This document shows positions 6,410 to 17,379 of a DNA stretch of 64,000 nt, piece after piece. The notes under the pieces are model-generated. The model was given only the letters and a program-made list of their open reading frames with translations, ran no database searches and was not told the DNA's origin. Position numbers and translations under genes: made by a program. Source of the DNA: an uncultured Clostridia bacterium (GTDB taxonomy: Bacteria > Bacillota > Clostridia > TANB77 > CAG-508); contig CANQCV010000001.1 in NCBI GenBank assembly GCA_947591045.1, forward strand, positions 20,556-84,555, in the 5' to 3' direction. Position 1 is the first letter of the stretch, and the number at the start of each line of letters is the position of its first letter.

Positions 6410-8392
6410 CTAATTTACTGTTTGACTTAATCTTACTGGTTCCTCTTCATGGTATTCTTTTATTATATTTCCTAGTTCTGTTGAAAAATCTTGTAGCATT
6501 ACCATTTTAATAGTTGGTTCTTTTCCATCAATGTAATCGTCTAAAACTTGTTTTAGTTTCTTTAAGTTTGGTAGTTCTTCTTGCAAATCTTTTCCATGTT
6601 TTTTGGCTCTGTCAAATAGCTTTTCTTTAATTGCTACAATATCTTCGTTACTTGCACATGAAATTCTTTGAAACATTTGAAATACATCATAATACTTAAA
6701 TATTGGAACTGTCATACATTCTTTTTCAAATTTATCATAAAAAGTTTCCATTTTCATTGGAATACATCTAAATATTTCTTCTGCTTTTTCCATATACATT
6801 TTTTCTTCTAACTTTATATTAATATTGTTAAAATGTATCAATATTTCTCCCATATCTTCTGATGCCTCATCCTCTATTGCCACTCTTGACAATTCTTCTT
6901 CTGCATTATCACAATATGATGAAGTCAAAGACGAAATATTCATACCATTTAAAAATACGCTCTTGATTGTCTTCATATCATAATTAATTAAATCTTTTTT
7001 TACAAAATATTCAAAATACACAAATAATTTAACAATATTAATAAGTTCCACTCTTCCATTTTTTACATCATCTAATGCTTCTTCTATAACACCATTAAAT
7101 TGGTCGTCTGGTATTTTCCAATATTCTTCTGTAAGAAGTCTCTTGCATGCAGGAAGTTTATCTGTATCTATGGTATTTCTAATAACTTCCATATCATCTT
7201 TAAATACTTTCATATCAAATATACGAGTACGCACATACATTTCAATAAATTTAAAGAAACGATAATCGGCTTTAAAATTATAGTAATAGTTATTATCGAA
7301 TTCTTTAATATAGAATTGACGATTATCCATAAATACCCTAGAAGATACCAAAATAGCCTTGTATTCTTCATTGTTATTAATATTTACAAATTTATCTTTT
7401 GTAATTTTTCCTGCTTTTATTTCAAATGATATAGCAATTGTAAAAATAAGCATAGTTTGTAATACTCTATGGTTCGTATTTGGATATGACTTATTTACCA
7501 TGTCAAATATCTTTTTAAAGTTAGTTAAAGAATGTTTTAAAATTCTTAAATTTCTCGTTCCACTTTTATTAAATGTGGAGATAATTAAATTTGTATTTTC
7601 CCTTAAAAAACGAATTAAGTCAGGATATTTTTCATAACGCATCAATATTCCATTAATAATATAATTAAATTCTGGAACATACTCAAAAGTTTCGCCAATT
7701 AACTTTTCCTTAATTCTTTCATAATCATTTGCTTTATCAAAAACATATTCAATAGTGTCACGAATTCTCTCTACCATTGGTTTATCTGTTTTTTCATTTA
7801 ATTGATTTTGTTTATCCAAAAGATATGTTGCAATAAAAGTCTTCATCTCCAAATTGCTATTTTTCAATTTTGTTGATAATTCCTTTTCATTACAAATAAT
7901 AATTGTTTTAATGTGATCATGTTCTACGAAATTATTAATATAACCCAAAATATCTATAACATCAACATTAGCTCTTTCTAGGTCATCAAAGCATAATACT
8001 TTGTCATCTGTTGAGAAAAACTCTGCATAATCTATTTTATCGCCATTTTGCGTTACTCCAAAAAAGTTTGCCATGTCTAGTCCCGTTTTTGCATATTCTG
8101 GAATTGTTGAAACTCCACTTGTATCCATGAATTTTTTTAAGTTTCTATCCATTAATTGTGTAGTTTCAATAAATATTTTTTTACTTATTTCTTCCAAGTT
8201 TGAAATACCATATAGCGACATATAAATTGCTGTATATCTTTTTCCATTTAATTGCATTGATTCTATTTTTGGTTTAATCTTGTTGTTCCAAAAATAGGTC
8301 TTTCCGCTTCCCCACTCACCATTTATCATAATAGCATAATCTGTATAATCTGACCTTATATAATCTAAAATGCTTTCTACTAAATCTTCCAT
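6410..8392 (-). CDS. KAP-family P-loop NTPase
   Basis: N-terminus has INGEWGSGKTYFW (the KAP-type Walker A GxWGSGKT) and a Walker B at VLCFDDLERA. A long helical C-terminal region follows. 660 aa. Confidence 0.65.
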   Translation of the reverse strand: MEDLVESILDYIRSDYTDYAIMINGEWGSGKTYFWNNKIKPKIESMQLNGKRYTAIYMSLYGISNLEEISKKIFIETTQLMDRNLKKFMDTSGVSTIPEYAKTGLDMANFFGVTQNGDKIDYAEFFSTDDKVLCFDDLERANVDVIDILGYINNFVEHDHIKTIIICNEKELSTKLKNSNLEMKTFIATYLLDKQNQLNEKTDKPMVERIRDTIEYVFDKANDYERIKEKLIGETFEYVPEFNYIINGILMRYEKYPDLIRFLRENTNLIISTFNKSGTRNLRILKHSLTNFKKIFDMVNKSYPNTNHRVLQTMLIFTIAISFEIKAGKITKDKFVNINNNEEYKAILVSSRVFMDNRQFYIKEFDNNYYYNFKADYRFFKFIEMYVRTRIFDMKVFKDDMEVIRNTIDTDKLPACKRLLTEEYWKIPDDQFNGVIEEALDDVKNGRVELINIVKLFVYFEYFVKKDLINYDMKTIKSVFLNGMNISSLTSSYCDNAEEELSRVAIEDEASEDMGEILIHFNNINIKLEEKMYMEKAEEIFRCIPMKMETFYDKFEKECMTVPIFKYYDVFQMFQRISCASNEDIVAIKEKLFDRAKKHGKDLQEELPNLKKLKQVLDDYIDGKEPTIKMVMLQDFSTELGNIIKEYHEEEPVRLSQTVN

Positions 8393-8410
8393 TTTTTATA
8401 TTTTCCTTTC

Positions 8411-9037
8411 CTAATCTTTTGCTATAATCATAATTCCTACTTGTTTTGCCCCTGCATTTTCCAAAGTTCTTTTACATTCTTTTGTAGTTAGCCCCGTTGT
8501 ATAAATATCGTCTAATATCAATACATTTTTTTCCTTTATTTTATCCTCATTTTTCACCTTATATACATTTTGTATATTTTTTATTCTATCGCTTTTATTT
8601 AAACTACTTTGCATCTTATTGTTTTTTTGTTTTATAAGTACATCTGTATAAATAGGTATATTAAAATCATTTGAGATTTTTCTTGCAATTAGCTCACTTT
8701 GATTATATCCTCTTGATTTTTTTCTTTTTTTATGTATCGGAACTGGAATGATTATATCATAACTTTTCAAAAATTCACAGGCATTTTTATTTTTCACAAG
8801 AATTTCACAAAACATATTATACAAATATGATTTATCATTAAACTTAAAATCAATCATTTTATCTCTAACAATATCTTTGTATTGTAGCAAATAAAATATA
8901 TTTTCACTATTATTTTTATATAAATATTCTTGTATTTGCTCATAACAGGTTTTACATATATATCCTTCATGTAGCTTTCCGCAAATTCCACAAGTTGGTG
9001 GAAAAATAAAGTCGAGGGCAATATCAACTATTTTCAT
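8411..9037 (-). CDS. comFC: ComF family protein (ComFC, phosphoribosyltransferase-like)
   Basis: N-terminal Cys pairs CGICG...CKTC and a C-terminal PRTase motif VLILDDIYTTGLT. It follows recD2, as is common in Clostridia. Confidence 0.8.
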   Translation of the reverse strand: MKIVDIALDFIFPPTCGICGKLHEGYICKTCYEQIQEYLYKNNSENIFYLLQYKDIVRDKMIDFKFNDKSYLYNMFCEILVKNKNACEFLKSYDIIIPVPIHKKRKKSRGYNQSELIARKISNDFNIPIYTDVLIKQKNNKMQSSLNKSDRIKNIQNVYKVKNEDKIKEKNVLILDDIYTTGLTTKECKRTLENAGAKQVGIMIIAKD

Positions 9038-9073
9038 TTATTATCAATTTCCTTTCATACTCCCCCGAAAATA

Positions 9074-11305
9074 TTATTTATACATTTGCTGTAATTTAAA
9101 CTTAATACCAGTATTTCTAATTTTGTTATCTGCATTTTGTATCATAAAACCAAGCACATTTTTATTTCCTATCATAATCAAAAGCTTTTTAGCTCTTGTC
9201 ATTCCTGTGTATAATAGGTTTCTTGTAAGTAGCATTGGAGCTGATGGAGCAATTACTAGAATAACAACATCAAATTCACTTCCTTGTGCTTTGTGTACAG
9301 TAATTGCATATGCGTGTTCAATTTGTTCTAATTCATTAAAGCCATACCACGCCACTTTTTCATCATCAAATTTAATCTCCATTACTTTCTCTTCTTCGTT
9401 AATTCTTTTTATTGTTCCAAACTCTCCATTAAATATACCGCTACCTGATTCAAAACTATCTCCACGCTTTTCCCAATAAATCTCGTAATTGTTCTTAATT
9501 TGCATAATTCGGTCATTCTCTCGAAAAATGCTATCTCCAAATTTTCTTTCTTTTTTACTTTCATCTTGCGGATTTATCTTTTGTTGCAATAATTTATTTA
9601 ATTCTTTTGTTCCAAGTTCTCCTTTTTTAGTCGGAGTAATAACTTGAATATTATTTAAAAAGTCATAGTCCCCATAGTTTTTTAATCTATCATAGCTTAA
9701 AGAAAGAACTTGCTCTAATATCTTATTTTTATCGTTTTCATCTATATAAAAGAAATCATCTAAATACTTATCTTGTGCCTCTTCTATCTCCTTTTTGCTA
9801 ATAAATGCTTCTCCTTCATTTACTCTATGTGAATTCATAATAATTTTGCTTTGAGCAGCTTGTCTAAAAATTTTGTTTAATGTTATTGTTGTAATTGTTT
9901 CTGAATCTATAATATCTTTTAAAACATTTCCTGGTCCTACTGATGGAAGTTGGTCTGTGTCACCTACCAAAACTAATTTTGTACCATTGTAAATGCCTTT
10001 ACAAAGATAATTCATTAAAAACACATCTACCATTGACATTTCATCTACAATAATAATATCTGCATCAACAGGTACAACAGAAAGGTCTGTATTTACATTT
10101 TGTGTTTCCTCTGACACAAAACTTCCTATTTCTAACAATCTGTGTAATGTTTTTGCCTCTTCACCTGTTGTTTCTGTCATTCTTTTTGCTGCTCTTCCAG
10201 TAGGAGCACATAAAACAGGTTTCATTTCATTATGTTTATATAATTCAATAATCGTCTTTATAATGGTAGTTTTTCCTGTACCAGGTCCTCCTGTGATAAC
10301 ACATACATTATGATTATTTATAGACTCAATTGCTTCTTTTTGCTTATCAGATAAATCAATATTTGACTTTTTCTCAAATAAACTAAGCTCTTTTTTAAAT
10401 CTTGGAATCTCTTTTATATTTTTATATGTATCTAATGCAATAAGTTTTTCTGCTATATTTTTTTCTGCTTGATAATATGAGGGCAAATATACCCATTCAT
10501 CTTTTTGTCTATCTTCAATAATCAATTCCTCTTTTGCTTTCATGTTAATAATAGCATCTTCTATCTGCTCTTCTTCTACACCTAACAAATTACTTACAAA
10601 TTTTATAAGATTATCATATAAAACTGCACAATGGCCGTTATATGTTGCTAAAATAATAGCATGTTTAATTCCACTTTTAATACGCTTTGAATTATCATAT
10701 TCCATTCCCATATCTAGCGCCATTTTATCAATTTGATTAAAGTCTACTTTATTTATTAAATCTACTAAAAGATATGGATTAGACTGTATCTCTTCTATTG
10801 CATTTGCTCCTAATTTTTTATATACAGTTTCTGCACTCTGAGGTCCTATTCCGAATTTTTCCAAAAAGCCAACAATTTGCCAAACTTCCCAATTTTCTAT
10901 AAAGCTCTCTGCTATCTCGTAAGCCTTATCTTTTGTAATTCCTTTTATTTGTGCTAGCTTTGTAGGTTCTAGTTTAAAAACATTAATAGTATCTTCTCCA
11001 AATGTCTCTATTATTTTTTTAGCAGTAGCAGGTCCTACCCCTTTAATGGTACCATTTGCTAAATATCTTTCTAATGCTTCCATGCTTTGTGGCATCATTT
11101 TTTCAAATGTATCTACCTTAAATTGTTCACCATATTCCTGATGTTCTACTATTTTACCCACGATTTTTAGGGTATCTCCTACATTAATAAAAGGAAGATA
11201 CCCCACAATTGTTATTTCTCCGTCTGATGTTTCAAAATTTGCAATGCAATAACTATTTAATTCATTTTTATATATAATTTCTCTTATTTCTCCCTCTAGT
11301 TCCAA
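9074..11305 (-). CDS. recD2: SF1B ATP-dependent RecD-like DNA helicase RecD2
   Basis: 743 aa with Walker A GGPGTGKTT, motif IIVDEMSMVD, HhH-like GVGPATAKKI and the C-terminal TVHKAQGSEFDVVIL. Confidence 0.9.
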   Translation of the reverse strand: MELEGEIREIIYKNELNSYCIANFETSDGEITIVGYLPFINVGDTLKIVGKIVEHQEYGEQFKVDTFEKMMPQSMEALERYLANGTIKGVGPATAKKIIETFGEDTINVFKLEPTKLAQIKGITKDKAYEIAESFIENWEVWQIVGFLEKFGIGPQSAETVYKKLGANAIEEIQSNPYLLVDLINKVDFNQIDKMALDMGMEYDNSKRIKSGIKHAIILATYNGHCAVLYDNLIKFVSNLLGVEEEQIEDAIINMKAKEELIIEDRQKDEWVYLPSYYQAEKNIAEKLIALDTYKNIKEIPRFKKELSLFEKKSNIDLSDKQKEAIESINNHNVCVITGGPGTGKTTIIKTIIELYKHNEMKPVLCAPTGRAAKRMTETTGEEAKTLHRLLEIGSFVSEETQNVNTDLSVVPVDADIIIVDEMSMVDVFLMNYLCKGIYNGTKLVLVGDTDQLPSVGPGNVLKDIIDSETITTITLNKIFRQAAQSKIIMNSHRVNEGEAFISKKEIEEAQDKYLDDFFYIDENDKNKILEQVLSLSYDRLKNYGDYDFLNNIQVITPTKKGELGTKELNKLLQQKINPQDESKKERKFGDSIFRENDRIMQIKNNYEIYWEKRGDSFESGSGIFNGEFGTIKRINEEEKVMEIKFDDEKVAWYGFNELEQIEHAYAITVHKAQGSEFDVVILVIAPSAPMLLTRNLLYTGMTRAKKLLIMIGNKNVLGFMIQNADNKIRNTGIKFKLQQMYK

Positions 11306-11491
11306 ATTCTAATCCTCTTAATGTAATTTCATATTATTCCTTAATTATACATAACTTATTATATAATTGCAATATCAAAATTATATTTTTGCTTTTACAA
11401 ATGTATTTAAATTAATGTATGAAACAAAACTAAAAAAATACCATTCTTTTTCAGAATGATATTTATTTAACCTATTCTATAGCTTATGTTC

Positions 11492-11568
11492 TGGTGCCTC
11501 GAACGGGAATCGAACCAGTGACACAGGGATTTTCAGTCCCTTGCTCTACCAACTGAGCTATCGAGGCA
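11492..11568 (-). tRNA. tRNA-Phe (GAA)
   Basis: Reverse complement GCCTCGATAGCTCAGTTGGTAGAGCAAGGGACTGAAAATCCC...GGTTCGATTCC...CACCA. The anticodon loop is CTGAAAA and CCA is encoded. Confidence 0.9.
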
Positions 11569-11582
11569 TATTATATAAAAAA

Positions 11583-11659
11583 TGGCGACCTGGAACGGGC
11601 TCGAACCGTCGACCTCTAGCGTGACAGGCTAGCGTTCTAACCAACTGAACTACCAGGCC
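11583..11659 (-). tRNA. tRNA-Asp (GTC)
   Basis: Reverse complement GGCCTGGTAGTTCAGTTGGTTAGAACGCTAGCCTGTCACGCTAG...GGTTCGAGCCC...GCCA. The anticodon is GTC. Confidence 0.9.
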
Positions 11660-11686
11660 ATAAAATACCTTATATAAAAAAAGAAA

Positions 11687-11762
11687 TGGTGGGCGCAATA
11701 GGGCTCGAACCTATGACCTCCTGCTTGTAAGGCAGATGCTCTCCCAGCTGAGCTATGCGCCC
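11687..11762 (-). tRNA. tRNA-Val (TAC)
   Basis: Reverse complement GGGCGCATAGCTCAGCTGGGAGAGCATCTGCCTTACAAGCAG...GGTTCGAGCCC...CACCA. The anticodon is TAC. Confidence 0.9.
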
Positions 11763-11900
11763 ATTTCTTTCGACTTGTTAAGTATACTAAATTTTAAATA
11801 AATTGTCAATACATATTTACAATTTTTTTCTCTTTTTGAGAAAAAATAGGACTATAAATGTGGGAATTTTCCTGTTAAATTAGAAAATTCCCACATAAAA

Positions 11901-13100
11901 TTACTTTAATAGTTCTATTGCTTTTTGTAATTGTGTGTCATCTTTTCCACCTAATTCTTGAATATCTTCTGGTAATTCTACTACATAGTCAGGTGTAATT
12001 CCTACTTTGTTTATTTTATTTCTATTTGGTGTGCAATATTCTTCTGTTGTCATTTTTAAACCACTACCATCTGATAACTTTATTAATGTTTGTATAACAC
12101 CTTTGCCATATGTCTTTACTCCAACTATTTTAGCTCTGTCATTATCTTGTAAAGCTCCTGCCAAAATTTCGGATGCACTTGCTGAATACTCATTTACAAC
12201 CAATACCACAGGCATAGTAATCTCTGGATCTACTTTACACTTTGTAATTTCTTCTTTACCATTTTTATCTACAGTAATTAGTAATGTATCTTTTCTTTTA
12301 GATAATAATTCTAATATATAAATTGCTTCGTCTACAACTCCACCACCGTTATCTCTAATATCAATAATTAGTGAAGTAATTCCTTGCTTTTTTAATTCAT
12401 TGTATTTTGTTTTAAATTCTTCTGCTACTCCACCATCAAAATCTAAAATAGAAATATATCCTATTTTGTCTTCTAGCATTTTGCTTTCTATATGACTAAC
12501 TACTATTCTTTTTCTTTCTACCTCTATATTAAGAGTTTCTTCTTCTCTTTTTATTTCAAGATTTACTTTTGTTCCTTCTTCTCCTTTTATTTTATTTGTC
12601 ATATCTGATATATTTTCTGTTGTTACTTCTTCTCCATCAACTTTTGCTATAATATCTCCTGATTTTATCCCTGCTTTTTCTGCTGGCGAATCTTTCATTG
12701 GCTCTGTTACAATAATTTTTCCTGTATCTTTATTAACCAACATGTTAATTCCTATTCCTACATAATTTCCATATGCTTCGTCTAATTCATCAGACATTTC
12801 ACTAGGAGTATAATATTCTGCATACTTATCTTCTAGACCTGCTACATACCCTTTTATTGCTCCCTCTATCATTTTTTTATCATCTATTGTTCCAATATAT
12901 TTATCTTCTAATAATGTTCGAATTTTCGATAATGTTAATTCTAAGCCAGAATTATCTCCACTTGAAATAATGGTTCTGATATCCGTTGTATTCGTTATTT
13001 TATTATATACTAATAGTGTAGTAATAGTTGCTGTTAATAAAACAGTTATTAGTATTAGCATAATTGTTCTATATATTTTCTGTACTTTGCTTTCGTCCAT
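11901..13100 (-). CDS. ctpA: S41 family carboxyl-terminal processing protease
   Basis: N-terminal anchor, PDZ-like segment (GIKSGDIIAKVDG) and S41 core (NEYSASASEILAGALQD...GKG). 399 aa. Confidence 0.8.
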   Translation of the reverse strand: MDESKVQKIYRTIMLILITVLLTATITTLLVYNKITNTTDIRTIISSGDNSGLELTLSKIRTLLEDKYIGTIDDKKMIEGAIKGYVAGLEDKYAEYYTPSEMSDELDEAYGNYVGIGINMLVNKDTGKIIVTEPMKDSPAEKAGIKSGDIIAKVDGEEVTTENISDMTNKIKGEEGTKVNLEIKREEETLNIEVERKRIVVSHIESKMLEDKIGYISILDFDGGVAEEFKTKYNELKKQGITSLIIDIRDNGGGVVDEAIYILELLSKRKDTLLITVDKNGKEEITKCKVDPEITMPVVLVVNEYSASASEILAGALQDNDRAKIVGVKTYGKGVIQTLIKLSDGSGLKMTTEEYCTPNRNKINKVGITPDYVVELPEDIQELGGKDDTQLQKAIELLK

Positions 13101-13157
13101 TTGTCATATCCTCACACAAAAAAATATTTAGGTTTTTAAGGAAAACCTATTAAACCT

Positions 13158-14351
13158 TTATCTTGAAGGAGCTTTTACATAATTTAATGGTTGCACACTT
13201 TTTCCATTTACTCTTACTTCAAAATGTAAATGAGGTCCAGTTGCATTACCTGTTGCTCCCACTTCCATAATCAAATCACCTTTTTTCACTTCTTTATGTA
13301 ATTCTGTTAATATTTTTTGTCCATGTCCATATAATGTTACAAGTCCATTTCCATGATTTATCATAACGCAATTTCCATATCCGCCAAGCCATCCAGCATA
13401 TGTAACTATTCCGTCTTCTGCTGCTACTGCTGGTGAGCCATATGGGGTATTACCTATATCAATTCCTGTATGTTGCTTTAATACTCCTTGTATTGGGTGC
13501 TGTCTTACTCCAAAGCCTGATGTAATTACCGTTCCTGATATAGCTACAGGCCATAGCATTTCCCCTCCTGTATATTGTATGTTTAAGTCACCTAAACTAT
13601 TCGTAGCTTGTTGAATTGCCATTTCAATTTGAATTTGCTCTAATTTATAATTAGTTATTTCTTGTTGTAAATCTTTTTCTTCCTGATTTAGTTTTGCTAT
13701 CTCATTTTTTTGCATTGATATAGTGTTTTGTAAAATTACAGTAGTTTGTTCTTTTTTTGCTTTAATAATTTTTAATTGTGTTTCTTCTTTTTCTAATCTT
13801 TCTTTTGTAGTTTCTATGTCATTTTTCCTATTTCCTACTTCTTCCATTAGTTGATTGTCATATTCAATCAATTCTGTAATTAAATAATAACCTGATATAA
13901 AATCAACAATATTAGTAGAAGATAATAAAAAATCTAAATACCTTGTTTCTCCTGCCTCATACATTGCAATAAGCCTTTGTTTTAATATTTCTTCCTTTTG
14001 ATTATAGTCTGCTTCTACAACTTCTAGAAGTTCTTTTGCATTATCTATTGAACTTTGCAATGTATCTAGCTTTCCAGATAAATCTGTCATTTGAGTTTGA
14101 TATTCTAAAACTCTGTCTTCTAATTCTTGAACTCTTAGCATTGTGCTTGAAATCTCGCTTTGAACATACTCTAATTTTGTGTTTGCCATATCTATTTGTT
14201 CTGTTATTTCTTCTTGTTTATCTATTAAATTTTGTCCGCCTGTTTCCTCATTTGTTTGTTCTTCATTAGTTATATTCTCAGCAAATACAAAACCACATGA
14301 ATAAAACAAAAATATTAATATACAAAATATCGAAATTAATTTTTGTTTCAT
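13158..14351 (-). CDS. M23 family metallopeptidase with N-terminal coiled coil (EnvC/PcsB-like)
   Basis: Signal peptide, long coiled coil, and a C-terminal M23 domain with HTGIDI and GPHLHFEVR. Confidence 0.8.
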   Translation of the reverse strand: MKQKLISIFCILIFLFYSCGFVFAENITNEEQTNEETGGQNLIDKQEEITEQIDMANTKLEYVQSEISSTMLRVQELEDRVLEYQTQMTDLSGKLDTLQSSIDNAKELLEVVEADYNQKEEILKQRLIAMYEAGETRYLDFLLSSTNIVDFISGYYLITELIEYDNQLMEEVGNRKNDIETTKERLEKEETQLKIIKAKKEQTTVILQNTISMQKNEIAKLNQEEKDLQQEITNYKLEQIQIEMAIQQATNSLGDLNIQYTGGEMLWPVAISGTVITSGFGVRQHPIQGVLKQHTGIDIGNTPYGSPAVAAEDGIVTYAGWLGGYGNCVMINHGNGLVTLYGHGQKILTELHKEVKKGDLIMEVGATGNATGPHLHFEVRVNGKSVQPLNYVKAPSR

Positions 14352-14382
14352 ATTTGCCTCCCTTTATTATGTATTAATCATT

Positions 14383-15561
14383 TTACCAAAATTTTAATTT
14401 TGAATAAACATCATTAGAAATATAGTTTAATGGATTTACTCTTGATGCAGATGTACCATTTGTACGCACTTCAAAATGTAAATGTGGTCCTGTGGTGACA
14501 CCAGTGTTTCCTGACACCGCTATAACTTGACCTCTTTTTACTGTTTGACCAGTTGAAACTTTATATTGTGATAAATGTCCATAACATGTATATAAATTAT
14601 TTGAATGTTTTATCATAATAAAGTTACCATATCCTGATTGCTTACTTGCAGTTACAACATATCCATCAGCTGGTGCATATACATTAACATATCTTACACC
14701 AATATCTAGTGCTTTATGATTTGTTGAAGCACCTGCAGTTGGTTGATCTCTTTTTCCATATCCAGAAGTAATTACATTCCAATATAAAGAAGATGTTGAT
14801 ACAGGCCAACTTAAAGTTCCAGAAAAGCTACCTACATATCCACTTGAATTTTTAAGTGCTTCCTGAATTTCTTTTTCTGCCTTTTTAATCTCTTCATTAA
14901 ACTTATCTATATTAGCTTGCACTTTCTTTTCTTCTGCTGTTAAAGAATTTACTTTTGCTTGCTTTGTACTTTTAGTATTATTTAATGATATACTCTTTGC
15001 TTGTACTTTACTTCTAGATTGCTTTACTTCTAATTGTTCTTCCTCTAAATCTGCCTTTGCTTTTTCTATTTTTAGTTGTTGATTTTCAATAGCATCCATC
15101 ATAGCTTGGTCTGCTTCTGCTAACTGTTCTACCATATAATAATTAGATATAAAATCTACAACATTATCTGCTGAAAGTAGTAAATCTAAATATGTAGTTT
15201 CTCCAGATTGGTATATTGCAACAAGCCTTTCTATAAAAGCCTCTTCTTTTTCTTGATATTCTTTTTCCAATCTTTTGATTTCTGTTTCGTTAGTAGAAAT
15301 TTTTTTCTCTAAGCTATTTATTTCTTTATTTAACTCTGATATTTCATCTTCATAATCTGAAATCTGAATATCTAATTTTTCAATCTCTTTTAAAACACTA
15401 TTTTTTTGAGTTGTAATCTCTTTTTTGTCTTCTTTTGCATCTTGCAGTTGGTCCTCTAATTCATCTTTTCTTTGTTGGGCTGTTTTTGCATATATTGCTG
15501 GCATTATTATCGCCATTATTAACAAAAACGCTAAAAAAGTGGATACTATTTTTCTTTTCAT
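14383..15561 (-). CDS. M23 family metallopeptidase with N-terminal coiled coil, paralog
   Basis: Same architecture as the neighbouring M23 gene, with HKALDI and GPHLHFEVR. It lies directly downstream of ftsEX. Confidence 0.8.
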   Translation of the reverse strand: MKRKIVSTFLAFLLIMAIIMPAIYAKTAQQRKDELEDQLQDAKEDKKEITTQKNSVLKEIEKLDIQISDYEDEISELNKEINSLEKKISTNETEIKRLEKEYQEKEEAFIERLVAIYQSGETTYLDLLLSADNVVDFISNYYMVEQLAEADQAMMDAIENQQLKIEKAKADLEEEQLEVKQSRSKVQAKSISLNNTKSTKQAKVNSLTAEEKKVQANIDKFNEEIKKAEKEIQEALKNSSGYVGSFSGTLSWPVSTSSLYWNVITSGYGKRDQPTAGASTNHKALDIGVRYVNVYAPADGYVVTASKQSGYGNFIMIKHSNNLYTCYGHLSQYKVSTGQTVKRGQVIAVSGNTGVTTGPHLHFEVRTNGTSASRVNPLNYISNDVYSKLKFW

Positions 15562-15591
15562 AAGCGACTCTCCTTATTTTTTCCTAATTAC

Positions 15592-16485
15592 TTATACTTC
15601 TAAGTATTTTCTCATTGATATAGCACTACCTATTGTACCAATTCCAATTCCTAATGCTAAATAAATACCAATTAACATATTAAATGTATCTGAGAATTGT
15701 AATAAACTTATATTAACATTTTCAACAACCCCTGTAGCTTGTCCTGCAAAATAGTTATATCCAATTCCTAATAGAAGTACAGATATTAATGCTGCTACTA
15801 CTCCAATAACAATTCCCTCTATCATGAATGGCCATCTAATAAAACCGTTTGTTGCCCCTACATATTTCATGATAGAAATCTCTTTTCTTCTAGCATGTAC
15901 TGTTAATTTGATTGTGTTTGTTATAATAAATATAGATACTAATATTAAGAAAACTAATATAACTGCTGAAATCGTTCTAACTCCATTTGCGATATCTAAA
16001 AGTCTATTAATTGTATCACTTCTTAATGTAATATCATCTACATTTTCAAATGTTCTAATTTGCTCTGCTACTTCATCTATTTTACTTAAATCATCTAACC
16101 TTACTATGTATGAATCTGGGAAAGGACTACTTTTATCAAGTCCTGCAAGTACTGCCTCTGCTCCCTTATATCTTGCTTTCATTATATTTACAGCATCTTC
16201 TTTTGAAACAAATTCAGGAGGTTTTACAGATGGTAAACTACTTATTTTGTTTCCTAATTCTGTAATTTGTTCCTCTGTTGCATCATCTACAATAAATACT
16301 TGCATTGCTTGTTGCTCTGATACTTGTCTCATTACTTCTTGAACATTTTCGCCTATTAAGAAGAAAATTCCAAATATAAACATTGTTGCACACATAATTA
16401 TCAAAGACGCCACTGTAGATTTTTTATTTTTAAATAAATTTCTAAAACCTTCCCCTATTAAATATCCTAATACATTATACCTCAC
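15592..16485 (-). CDS. ftsX: cell division ABC transporter permease FtsX
   Basis: FtsX-like N-terminus YLIGEGFRNLFKNKKS and 4 TM helices. I favour GTG 16485 (SD AAGGTGG) over the track start 16509, which overlaps ftsE by 35 nt. Confidence 0.8.
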   Translation of the reverse strand: MRYNVLGYLIGEGFRNLFKNKKSTVASLIIMCATMFIFGIFFLIGENVQEVMRQVSEQQAMQVFIVDDATEEQITELGNKISSLPSVKPPEFVSKEDAVNIMKARYKGAEAVLAGLDKSSPFPDSYIVRLDDLSKIDEVAEQIRTFENVDDITLRSDTINRLLDIANGVRTISAVILVFLILVSIFIITNTIKLTVHARRKEISIMKYVGATNGFIRWPFMIEGIVIGVVAALISVLLLGIGYNYFAGQATGVVENVNISLLQFSDTFNMLIGIYLALGIGIGTIGSAISMRKYLEV

Positions 16486-17161
16486 TATTATAACCACCTT
16501 TTTTATCATCTCTTATTATGTTGCCTTTTTCAACTTGGATTACTCTTTTTTTCATTCTATCTACAATATCTTTAGCGTGTGTCGCAACAACTACTGTTGT
16601 ACCTCTTGCATTAATGTCTCTTAATAATGTCATAATTTCCCACGCAGTATCTGGATCAAGGTTTCCTGTTGGCTCGTCTGCTATAATCATTGATGGGTTA
16701 TTTACTAAAGCCCTTGCTAACGCTACTCTTTGTTGCTCTCCTCCTGATAACTCATTTGGATAAACTTTTGCTTTATCACTTAGTCCAACTAAAGATAGAA
16801 CCATTGGAACTTGTCTTCTAATATGTCTTGGTGTTGCTCTTACAATATACATTGCAAACGCAACATTTTCATAAACAGTTTTATCTGGTAACAATCTAAA
16901 GTCTTGAAATACTACCCCCATACTTCTTCTTAAAAAAGGTACTCTTTTTGGTTTTAAAAAGGTAGTATCTTTTCCATTAATAATAATATTTCCAGAAGTA
17001 GGTTCCTCTTCTTTTAATATTAATTTAATAATAGTTGACTTTCCAGAACCAGAACTTCCAACTAAAAATGCAAATTCTCCCTTGTCAATCTTAAAATTAG
17101 CATTGTTTACCGCTTCTGTTCCTGTGTCATATGTCTTACATACATTTCTAAACTCAATCAT
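16475..17161 (-). CDS. ftsE: cell division ATP-binding protein FtsE
   Basis: 228 aa with Walker A GSSGSGKST, signature LSGGEQQRV and Walker B IIADEPTGNLD. Confidence 0.9.
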   Translation of the reverse strand: MIEFRNVCKTYDTGTEAVNNANFKIDKGEFAFLVGSSGSGKSTIIKLILKEEEPTSGNIIINGKDTTFLKPKRVPFLRRSMGVVFQDFRLLPDKTVYENVAFAMYIVRATPRHIRRQVPMVLSLVGLSDKAKVYPNELSGGEQQRVALARALVNNPSMIIADEPTGNLDPDTAWEIMTLLRDINARGTTVVVATHAKDIVDRMKKRVIQVEKGNIIRDDKKGGYNSEV

Positions 17162-17379
17162 TTTTATCTCCTTTGACCAATTTACTGCTATTAGTCAGCT
17201 TGTTATATTCGATATTATACATTTTAAAATATTACACTCTAATCATAACAATAAAATATTCTAAATGCAATACCTTTTTATGCGAAAAACCATATAATTT
17301 TTTCTTTTTTATTTCTTTTTCGTATTTATTCTTTCTTTTTTTCATTATTAATAGTCATTGTTATTTTTTAGAAAAATTA

